From: Azolla caroliniana
Lineage: Eukaryota > Plantae > Polypodiophyta
Reading direction: 5' to 3'
NCBI GenBank assembly: GCA_043228905.1
Contig: JBHGNT010000029.1
Span: 62,001 to 126,000 of the forward strand
Length of the DNA stretch: 64,000 nt
The notes under the pieces were generated by a model. That model ran no database searches. It had not been told where the DNA came from and saw only the letters and a list, made by a program, of their open reading frames with translations. Shown in pieces: positions 15,001 to 25,897 of the stretch (position 1 is its first letter; each line of letters opens with the position of its first letter). Position numbers and translations under genes: made by a program.

Positions 15001-18000
15001 TGTTAGCTTCGATTCGCATGTTTGAACACAGAAATCCGATATCACACGAGCCAGGTATGAACATTTTAATTTACTAACGCACTCTTCTCCACTACCTCCT
15101 CAAATTTGCAAATTTCTTCATGTCTCTCGACCTGAGTTTCAAAATCTTGATTTTTTAATTCCATATTAGAGATAGCGTTGTTAGCTTCGATTCGCATGTT
15201 TGAACACAGAAATCCGATATCACACGAGCCAGGTATGAACATTTTAATTTACTAACGCGCTCTTCTCCACTTCCTCCTCAAATTTGCTAATTTCTTCATG
15301 TCTCTCGACGTGAGTTTCAAAATCTTGATTTTTTAATTCCATATTAGAGATAACGTTGTTAGCTTCGATTCGCATGTTTGAACACAGAAATCCGATATCA
15401 CACGAGCCAGGTATGAACATTTTCATTTACTAACGCGCTCTTCTCCACTTCCTCCTCAAATTTGCTAATTTCTTCATGTCTCTGGACCTGAGTTTCAAAA
15501 TCTTGATTTTTGAATTCCATATTAGAGATAGCGTTGTTAGCTTCGATTCGCATGTTTGAACACAGAAATCCGATATCACTCGAGCCAGGTATGAACATTT
15601 TAATTTACTAACACGCTCTTCTCCACTTCCTCCTCAAATTTACTAATTTCTTCATGTCTCTCGACGTGAGTTTCAAAATCTTGATTTTTTAATTCCATAT
15701 TAGAGATAGCGTTGTTAGCTTCGATTCGCATGTTTGAACACAGAAATCCGATATCACACGAGCCAGGTATGAACATTTTCATTTACTAACGCGCTCTTCT
15801 CCACTTCCTCCTCAAATTTGCAAATTTCTTCATGTCTCTCGACCTGAGTTTCAAAATCTTGATTTTTGAATTCCATATTAGAGCTAGCGTTGTTAGGTTG
15901 GATTCGCATGTTTGAACACAGAAATCCGATATCACACGAGCCAGGTATGAACATTTTAATTTACTAACGCGCTCTTCTCCACTACCTCCTCAAATTTGCT
16001 AATTTATTCATGTCTCTCGAGCTGAGTTTTAAAATCTTGATTTTGTAATTCCATATCATAGCTAGCGTTGTTAGCTTCGATTCGCATGTTTGGACACAGA
16101 AATCCGATATCACACGAGCCAGGTATGAACATTTTAATTTACTATCGCGCTCTTCTCCACTTCCTCCTCAAATTTGCAAATTTCTTCATGTCTCTCGACC
16201 TGAGTTTCAAAATCTTGATTTTTGAATTCCATATTAGAGCTAGCGTTGTTAGGTTGGATTCGCATGTTTGAACACAGAAATCCGATATCACACGAGCCAG
16301 GTATGAACATTTTAATTTACTAACGCGCTCTTCTCCACTACCTCCTCAAATTTGCTAATTTATTCATGTCTCTCGAGCTGAGTTTTAAAATCTTGATTTT
16401 GTAATTCCATATCATAGCTAGCGTTGTTAGCTTCGATTCGCATGTTTGAACACCGAAATCCGATATCACACGAGCCAGGTATGAACATTTTAATTTACTG
16501 ACTCGTTCTTCTCAACTTCCTCCTCAAATATACTAATTTCTTCATGTCTCTCGACCAGAGTTTCAAAATCTTGATTTTTTAATTCCATATTAGAGCTAGC
16601 GTTGTTAGCTTCGAGTCGCATGTTTGAACACAGAAATCCGATATCAAACGAGCAAGGTATGAACATTTTAATTTACTGACTCGCTCTTCTCCACTTCTTC
16701 CTCAAATTTGCTAATTTCTTCATGTCTCTTGACCTGAGTTTCAAAATCTTGATTTTTTAATTCAATATTAGAGCTAGCGTTGTTAGCTTCGATTCGCATG
16801 TTTGAACACAGAAATCCGATATCACACGAGCCAGGTATGAACATTTTAATTTACAAACGTGATCTTCTCCACTTCCTCCTCAAATTTGCTAATTTCTTCA
16901 TGTCTCTGGACCTGAGTTTCAAAATCTTGTTTTTTCGATTCCATATTATAATTTACTAACGCGCTCTTCTCCACTACCTCCTCAAATTTGCAAATTTCTT
17001 CATGTCTCTCGACCTGAGTTTCAAAATCTTGATTTTTTAATTCCATATCATAGCTAGCGTTGTTAGCTTCGATTCGCATGTTTAAACACAAAAATCCGAT
17101 ATCACACGAGCCAGGTATGAACATTTTAATTTACTAACAGGCTCTTCTTCACTACCTCCTCAAATTTGCTAATTTGTTCATGTCTCTCGACCTGAGTTTC
17201 AAAATCTTGATTTTTTAATTCCATATTAGAGCTAGCGTTGTTAGCTTCGATTCGCATGTTTGAACACAGAAATCCGATATCACACGAGCCAGGTATGAAC
17301 ATTTTAATTTACAAACGCGATCTTCTCCACTACCTCCTCAAATTTGCTAATTTCTTCATGTCTCTCGACCTGAGTTTCAAAATCTTGATTTTTTAATTCA
17401 ATATTAGAGATAGCGTTGTTAGCTTCGATTCGCATGTTTGAACACAAAAATCCGATATCACACGAGCCAGGTATGAACATTTTAATTTACTAACGCACTC
17501 TTCTCCACTACCTCCTCAAATTTGCAAATTTCTTCATGTCTCTCGACCTGAGTTTCAAAATCTTGATTTTTTAATTCCATATTAGAGATAGCGTTGTTAG
17601 CTTCGATTCGCATGTTTGAACACAGAAATCCGATATCACACGAGCCAGGTATGAACATTTTAATTTACTAACGCGCTCTTCTCCACTTCCTCCTCAAATT
17701 TGCTAATTTCTTCATGTCTCTCGACGTGAGTTTCAAAATCTTGATTTTTTAATTCCATATTAGAGATAACGTTGTTAGCTTCGATTCGCATGTTTGAACA
17801 CAGAAATCCGATATCACACGAGCCAGGTATGAACATTTTCATTTACTAACGCGCTCTTCTCCACTTCCTCCTCAAATTTGCTAATTTCTTCATGTCTCTG
17901 GACCTGAGTTTCAAAATCTTGATTTTTGAATTCCATATTAGAGATAGCGTTGTTAGCTTCGATTCGCATGTTTGAACACAGAAATCCGATATCACTCGAG

Positions 18001-21000
18001 CCAGGTATGAACATTTTAATTTACTAACACGCTCTTCTCCACTTCCTCCTCAAATTTGCTAATTTCTTCATGTCTCTCGACGTGAGTTTCAAAATCTTGA
18101 TTTTTTAATTCCATATTAGAGATAGCGTTGTTAGCTTCGATTCGCATGTTTGAACACAGAAATCCGATATCACACGAGCCAGGTATGAACATTTTCATTT
18201 ACTAACGCGCTCTTCTCCACTTCCTCCTCAAATTTGCTAATTTCTTCATGTCTCTGGACCTGAGTTTCAAAATCTTGATTTTTGAATTCCATATTAGAGA
18301 TAGCGTTGTTAGCTTCGATTCGCATGTTTGAACACAGAAATCCGATATCACTCGAGCCAGGTATGAACATTTTAATTTACTAACACGCTCTTCTCCACTT
18401 CCTCCTCAAATTTGCTAATTTCTTCATGTCTCTAGACCTGAGTTTCAAAATCTTGATTTTTGAATTCCATATTAGAGCTAGCGTTGTTAGGTTTGATTCG
18501 CATGTTTGAACACAGAAATCCGATATCACACGAGCCAGGTATGAACATTTTAATTTACTAACGCGCTCTTCTCCACTTCCTCCTCAAATTTGCTAATTTA
18601 TTCATGTCTCTCGACGTGAGTTTCAAAATCTTGATTTTTTAATTCTATATTAGAGATAGCGTTGTTAGCTTCGATTCGCATGTTTGAACACAGAAATCCG
18701 ATATCACACGAGCCAGGTATGAACATTTTAATTTACTAACGCGCTCTTCTCCACTTCCTCCTCAAATTTGCAAATTTCTTCATGTCTCTCGACCTGAGTT
18801 TCAAAATCTTGATTTTTGAATTCCATATTAGAGCTAGCGTTGTTAGGTTGGATTCGCATGTTTGAACACAGAAATCCGATATCACACGAGCCAGGTATGA
18901 ACATTTTAATTTACTAACGCGCTCTTCTCCACTACCTCCTCAAATTTGCTAATTTATTCATGTCTCTCGAGCTGAGTTTTAAAATCTTGATTTTGTAATT
19001 CCATATCATAGCTAGCGTTGTTAGCTTCGATTCGCATGTTTGAACACCGAAATCCGATATCACACGAGCCAGGTATGAACATTTTAATTTACTGACTCGT
19101 TCTTCTCAACTTCCTCCTCAAATATGCTAATTTCTTCATGTCTCTCGACCAGAGTTTCAAAATCTTGATTTTTTAATTCCATATTAGAGCTAGCGTTGTT
19201 AGCTTCGAGTCGCATGTTTGAACACAGAAATCCGATATCAAACGAGCAAGGTATGAACATTTTAATTTACTGACTCGCTCTTCTCCACTTCCTCCTCAAA
19301 TTTGCTAATTTCTTCATGTCTCTTGACCTGAGTTTCAAAATCTTGATTTTTTAATTCAATATTAGAGCTAGCGTTGTTAGCTTCGATTCGCATGTTTGAA
19401 CACAGAAATCCGATATCACACGAGCCAGGTATGAACATTTTAATTTACAAACGTGATCTTCTCCACTTCCTCCTCAAATTTGCTAATTTCTTCATGTCTC
19501 TGGACCTGAGTTTCAAAATCTTGTTTTTTCGATTCCATATTATAATTTACTAACGCGCTCTTCTCCACTACCTCCTCAAATTTGCAAATTTCTTCATGTC
19601 TCTCGACCTGAGTTTCAAAATCTTGATTTTTTAATTCCATATCATAGCTAGCGTTGTTAGCTTCGATTCGCATGTTTAAACACAAAAATCCGATATCACA
19701 CGAGCCAGGTATGAACATTTTAATTTACTAACAGGCTCTTCTTCACTACCTCCTCAAATTTGCTAATTTGTTCATGTCTCTCGACCTGAGTTTCAAAATC
19801 TTGATTTTTTAATTCCATATTAGAGCTAGCGTTGTTAGCTTCGATTCGCATGTTTGAACACAGAAATCCGATATCACACGAGCCAGGTATGAACATTTTA
19901 ATTTACAAACGCGATCTTCTCCACTACCTCCTCAAATTTGCTAATTTCTTCATGTCTCTCGACCTGAGTTTCAAAATCTTGATTTTCTAATTCCATATTA
20001 GAGATAGCGTTGTTAGCTTCGATTCGCATGTTTGAACACAGAAATCCGATATCACAAGAGCCAGGTATGAACATTTTAATTTACTAACGCACTCTTCTCC
20101 ACTACCTCCTCAAATTTGCAAATTTCTTCATGTCTCTCGACCTGAGTTTCAAAATCTTGATTTTTTAATTCCATATTAGAGCTAGCGTTGTTAGCTTCGA
20201 TTCGCATGTTTGAACACAGAAATCCGATATCACACAAGCCGGGTATGAACATTTTAATTTACAAACGCGATCTTCTCCACTACCTCCTCAAATTTGCTAA
20301 TTTCTTCATGTCTCTCGACCTGAGTTTCAAAATCTTGATTTTTTAATTCAATATTAGAGATAGCGTTGTTAGCTTCGATTCGCATGTTTGAACACAGAAA
20401 TCCGATATCACACGAGCTAGGTATGAACATTTTCATTTACTAACGCGCTCTCCTCCACTTCCTCCTCAAATTTGCTAATTTCTTCATGTCTCTGGACCTG
20501 AGTTTCAAAATCTTGATTTTTTAATTCCATATTAGAGATAGCGTTGTTAGCTTCGATTCGCATGTTTGAACACAGAAATCCGATATCACACGAGCCAGGT
20601 ATGAACATTTTAATTTACTAACGCGCTCTTCTCCACTTCCTCCTCAAATTTGCTAATTTCTTCATGTCTCTCGACGTGAGTTTCAAAATCTTGATTTTTT
20701 AATTCGATATTAGAGATAGCGTTGTTAGCTTCGATTCGCATGTTTGAACACAGAAATCCGATATCACACGAGCCAGGTATGAACATTTTCATTTACTAAC
20801 GCGCTCTTCTCCACTTCCTCCTCAAATTTGCTAATTTATTCATGTCTCTCGACGTGAGTTTCGAAATCTTGATTTTTGAATTCCATATTAGAGCTAGCGT
20901 TGTTAGGTTGGATTCGCATGTTTGAACACAGAAATCCGATATCACACGAGCCAGGTATGAACATTTTAATTTACTGACTCGCTCTTCTCAACTTCCTCCT

Positions 21001-24000
21001 CAAATATGCTAATTTCTTTATGTCTCTCGACCTGAGTTTCAAAATCTTGATTTTTTAATTCCATATTAGAGCTAGCGTTGTTAGCTTCGATTCGCATGTT
21101 TGAACACAGAAATCCGATATTACACGAGCCAGGTATGAACATTTTAATTTACTAACGCGCTCTTCTCCACTTCCTCCTCAAATTTGCTAATTTCTTCATG
21201 TCTCTGGACCTGAGTTTCAAAATCTAGTTTTTTCGATTCCATATTAGAGCTAGCGTTGTTAGCTTTGAGTCGCATGTTTGAACACAGAAATCCGATATCA
21301 CACGAGCCAGGTATGAACATTTTAATTTACAAACGCGATCTTCTCCACTACCTCCTCAAATTTGCTAATTTCTTCATGTCTCTTGACCTGAGTTTCAAAA
21401 TCTTGATTTTTGAATTCCATATTAGAGATAGCGTTGTTAGCTTCGATTCGCATGTTTGAACACAGAAATCCGATATCACACGAGCCAGGTATGAACATTT
21501 TAATTTACTAACGCGCTCTTCTCCACTACCTCCTCAAATTTGCTAATTTATTCATGTCTCTCGAGCTGAGTTTTAAAATCTTGATTTTGTAATTCCATAT
21601 CATAGCTAGCGTTGTTAGCTTCGATTCGCATGTTTGAACACCGAAATCCGATATCACACGAGCCAGGTATGAACATTTTAATTTACTGACTCGTTCTTCT
21701 CAACTTCCTCCTCAAATATGCTAATTTCTTCATGTCTCTCGACCTGAGTTTCAAAATCTTGATTTTTTAATTCCATATTAGAGCTAGCGTTGTTAGCTTC
21801 GAGTCGCATGTTTGAACACAGAAATCCGATATCAAACGAGCCAGGTATAAACATTTTAATTTACAAACGCGATCTTCTCCACTACCTCCTCCAATTTGCT
21901 AATTTCTTCATGTCTCTCGACCTGAGTTTCAAAATCTTGATTTTTTAATTCAATATTAGAGATAGCGTTGTTAGCTTCGATTCGCATGTTTGAACACAGA
22001 AATCCGATATCACACGAGCCAGGTATGAACATTTTAATTTACAAACGCGATCTTCTCCACTACCTCCTCAAATTTGCTAATTTCTTGATGTCTCTCGCCC
22101 TGAGTTTCAAAATCTTGATTTTTTAATTCCATATTAGAGATAGCGTTGTTAGCTTCGATTCGCATGTTTGAACACAGAAATCCGACATCACACGAGCCAG
22201 GTATGAACATTTTCATTTACTAACGCGCTCTTCTCCACTTCCTCCTCAAATTTGCTAATTTCTTCATGTCTCTGGACCTGAGTTTCAAAATCTTGATTTT
22301 TTAATTCCATATTAGAGATAGCGTTGTTAGCTTCGATTCGCATGTTTGAACACAGAAATCCGATATCACACGAGCCAGGTATGAACATTTTAATTTACTA
22401 ACGCGCTCTTCTCCACTTCCTCCTCAAATTTGCTAATTTCTTCATGTCTCTGGACCTGAGTTTCAAAATCTTGATTTTTGAATTCCATATTAGAGGTAGC
22501 GTTGTTAGCTTCGATTCGCATGTTTGAACACAGAAATCCGATATCACACGAGCCAGGTATGAACATTTTAATTTACTAACGCGCTCTTCTCCACTACCTC
22601 CTCAAATTTGCTAATTTCTTCATGTCTCTTGACCTGAGTTTCAAAATCTTGATTTTTTAATTCAATATTAGAGCTAGCGTTGTTAGCTTCGATTCGCATG
22701 TTTGAACACCGAAATCCGATATCACACGAGCCAGGTATGAACATTTTAATTTACTGACTCGCTCTTCTCAACTTCCTCCTCAAATATGCTAATTTCTTCA
22801 TGTCTCTCGACCTGAGTTTCAAAATCTTGATTTTTTAATTCCATATTAGAGCTAGCGTTGTTAGCTTCGATTCGCATGTTTGAACACAGAAATCCGATAT
22901 CACACGAGCCAGGTATGAACATTTTAATTTACTAACGCGCTCTTCTCCACTTCCTCCTCAAATTTGCTAATTTCTTCATGTCTCTCGACCTGAGTTTCAA
23001 AATCTTGATTTTTTAATTCAATATTAGAGCTAGCGTTGTTAGCTTCGATTCGCATGTTTGAACACAAAAATCCGATATCACACGAGCCAGGTATGAACAT
23101 TTTAATTTACTAACGGGCTCTTCTTCACTACCTCCTCAAATTTGCTAATTTCTTCATGTCTCTCGACCTGAGTTTCAAAATATTGATTTTTTAATTCCAT
23201 ATTAGAGCTAGCGTTGTTAGCTTCGATTCGCATGTTTGAACACAGAAATCCGATATCACACGAGCCAGGTATGAACATTTTAATTTACAAACGCGATCTT
23301 CTCCACTACCTCCTCTAATTCGCATGTTTGAACACAGAAATCCGATATCACATGAGCCAGGTATGAACATTTTAATTTACTAACGCGCTCTTCTCCACTT
23401 CCTCCTCAAATTTGCTAATTTCTTCATGTCTCAGGACCTGAGTTTCAAAATCTTGATTTTTTAATTCCATATTAGAGATAGCGTTGTTAGCTTCGATTCA
23501 CATGTTTAAACACAAAAATCCGATATCACAGGAGCCAGGTATGAACATTTTAATTTACTAACGGGCTCTTCTTCACTACCTCCTCAAATTTGCTAATTTC
23601 TTCATGTCTCTCGACCTGAATTTCAAATTCTGTATTTTCTAATTCCATATCATAGCTAGTGTTGTTAGCTTCGATTCGCATGTTTGAACACTAAAATACG
23701 ATATCGCACGAGACAGGTATGACAATTTTAATTTACTCACGCGCTGTTCTCAACTCCCTCCTCTAATTTTCTAATTTCTTCATGTCTCTCGACCTGAGTT
23801 TCAAAATCTTGATTTTCTAATTCCATATCATAGCTAGTGTTGTTAGCTTTGATTGGCATGTTTGAACACAAAAATCCGATATCACAAGAGCCAGGTATGA
23901 CAATTTTAATTTACTGACGCAATCTTCTCAACTCCCTCCTCTAATTTACTAATTTCATCATGTCTCTCGACCTGAGTTTCAAAATTTGTATTTTCTAATT

Positions 24001-24839
24001 CGATATCATAGCTAGTGTTGTTAGCTTCGATTCCATGTTTGGAAACTAAAATCCGATATCACACGAGCTAGGTATGACAATTTTATTTACTAACACAATC
24101 TTCTAAACTCCCTCTTCTAATTTACTAATTTCATCATGTCTCTCGACCTGAGTTTCAAAATCTTGATTTTGTAATTCCATGTCATAGCTAGTGTTGTTAG
24201 CTTCGATTCGCATGTTTGAACACTAAAATCCGATATCACACGAGCCAGGTATGACAATTTTAATTTACTGACGCACTCTTCTCAACTTTCTCCTCTAATT
24301 TTCTAATTTCTTCATGTCTGTCCACCTGAGTTTCAAAATCTTGAATTTCTAATTGCATAGCGTAGCTAGTGTTGTTAGCTTCGATTCGCATCTTTGAACA
24401 CAAAAATACGATATCACACGAGCCAGGTATGACAATTTTAATTTACTCACGCGCTCTTCTCAACTCCCTCCTCTAATTTTCTAATTTCTTCATGTCTCTC
24501 GACCTGAGTTTGAAAATCTAGATTTTTTAATTCCATATCATAGCTAGTTTTGTTAGCTTCGATTTGCAGCTTTGAACACTAAAATCCGATATCACACGAG
24601 CCAGGTATGACAATTTTAATTTACCGACGCGCTCTTCTCAACTGCCTCCTCTAATTTACTAATTCCATCATGTCTCTCGACCTGAGTTTCAAAATCTTGA
24701 TTTTTTAATTCCATATTAGAGATAGCGTTGTTAGCTTCGATTCGCATGTTTGAACACAGAAATCCGATATCACACGAGCCAGGTATGAACATTTTCATTT
24801 ACTAACGCGCTCTTCTCCACTTCCTCCTCAAATTTGCTA
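1..24839. repeat. 178-bp tandem satellite array, left arm (mostly type A; type B monomers at ~23580-24690)
   Basis: The motif GATATCACACGAGCCAGGTATGAAC recurs every 178 bp (e.g. 8, 186, 364). Monomers are highly similar, with recurring 102-bp truncated monomers. Centromeric identity is inferred only from monomer size and higher-order organisation. Confidence 0.98.
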
Positions 24840-24842
24840 TTG

Positions 24843-24848
24843 TTTATT
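24843..24848 (-). terminator. Possible AATAAA polyadenylation signal at the extreme 3' end of the unit (also 30424-30429 and 36026-36031)
   Basis: TTTATT on +, only 3 nt inside the unit boundary; no poly(A) tail at any junction. Confidence 0.3.
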
Positions 24849-24912
24849 AACCGTAAGGTTGATACAAGGAGTGCGAGCGACTTTTAGCTATGGTAGATAA
24901 TGTAATAGGAAA

Positions 24913-25065
24913 GGGTTTAGGGTTTCCGGATTAGGGTTTAGGGTTTTGGGATTAGGGTTTAGGGCTTCGGGATTAGGGTTTTGGGATTAGGGTTTTGGGT
25001 TTCGAGATTAGGGTTTCAGGATTAGGGTTTCGGGATTAGGGTTTCGGGATTAGGTCTAGGGTTTA
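24913..25065 (+). repeat. Degenerate telomere-like tract (mostly 7-bp units GGGTTTA/GGGATTA/GGGTTTC) near the element 3' end, unit 1
   Basis: About 150 bp of TTTAGGG-like repeats, G-rich on + and C-rich on the element sense strand. Confidence 0.9.
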
Positions 25066-25103
25066 CATAGATAATGTGATAAGAAAAGATTCTAAGCACA
25101 CAT

Positions 25104-25106
<3 letters not shown>

Positions 25107-25146
<40 letters not shown>
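25107..25146 (+). repeat. (GA)20 microsatellite in element 3' UTR
   Basis: Perfect dinucleotide run. Confidence 0.97.
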
Positions 25147-25148
<2 letters not shown>

Positions 25149-25177
25149 CAGGAAAATTCCATTAAAATAAAAGGAAA

Positions 25178-25236
25178 GACCTTATGCAGCAAACTAGTTT
25201 CGCTCTTTTAGGTAGAGCTCATCAGTGCAAAAGGTC
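25178..25236 (-). ncRNA. Type I hammerhead ribozyme motif in 3' UTR, unit 1
   Basis: The minus strand reads GACCTT-T-TGCA CTGATGA GCTCT-ACCTAAA-AGAGC GAAAC-TA-GTT TGC TGCA-T-AAGGTC: conserved CUGAUGA and GAAAC cores, 5-bp stem II, minimal palindromic stem III and a closing stem I. Confidence 0.85.
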
Positions 25237-25600
25237 ATGTACATACAAAAGGTGGTTTATATAGGATGTTGAGGATGGGGAAGGGAGGAGAATGTATAAT
25301 CATAGTGAGTGGGGTACAATAACAATGTAAATAGATGGAGGGCTGTAAGGTTTTAAGTTGGAAGATCTTGATGATAGAGGGGGTGGTGATATGGGGGGGG
25401 AAACAAAATGGGCTGGTGAATGGAAGATTGATAGGGTGATAAGACAGATGAGGGAGTAGGAAAAGGTGAATAAGGGGAAATGAATGAGTGGTAGGGTGTG
25501 TAATTATATGTAAATAAAAGAAAGAAGGGAAAGTTAAAGGAAGTTAATAAGAGGTATTAGGGAGAGGGGTTGAGGGAAGAGGGAAGAGAGAGAGTGTATA

Positions 25601-25807
25601 AAAAGGTAGTGAGAGGAAGAGGGGATGAGAAATGGAAAAAAAAGGTAGTGAGAGGAAGAGGGGATGAGAAATGGAAAAAAAGGGGGAGGGGGAGATGGAA
25701 TATAGTTTTTAGTGAGATATAAGGGAAATATTGGGGGGGAAAAAAAGGGAGGGGGAGATAGAATATAGTTTTTAGTGAGATATAAGGGAAATATTGGGGG
25801 AAAAAAG
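25601..25807. repeat. Two tandem duplications (39 bp x2, then 63 bp x2) in the pyrimidine-rich 3' UTR
   Basis: AAAAGGTAGTGAGAGGAAGAGGGGATGAGAAATGG occurs twice (once only in unit 2). GGGGGAGAT..GAATATAGTTTTTAGTGAGATATAAGGGAAATATTGGGGG occurs twice, 63 bp apart. Confidence 0.85.
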
Positions 25808-25897
25808 TAGATGTGTGTGACTACAAAATAAAAGTAAGGGGGAAGGAGAGAGGAACAAGGAAAGGGGATAGATTAAATGAAGGGTGAGAAAATATGT

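Noticed and set aside
12-24798. Dozens of 60-94 aa ORFs (MFIPGSCDIGFLCSNMRIEANN...) in the satellite
   Set aside because: They are translations of the 178-bp monomer (not a multiple of 3), appear or vanish with single SNPs, and have no recognisable domain.
1-24839. CRISPR-like regular repeat
   Set aside because: The whole monomer is repeated, with no unique spacers and no cas genes; the context is eukaryotic.
24913-25065. True telomere or chromosome-fusion scar
   Set aside because: The tract is degenerate, short, identical in all three units and internal to the element UTR; there are no head-to-head inverted telomere repeats.
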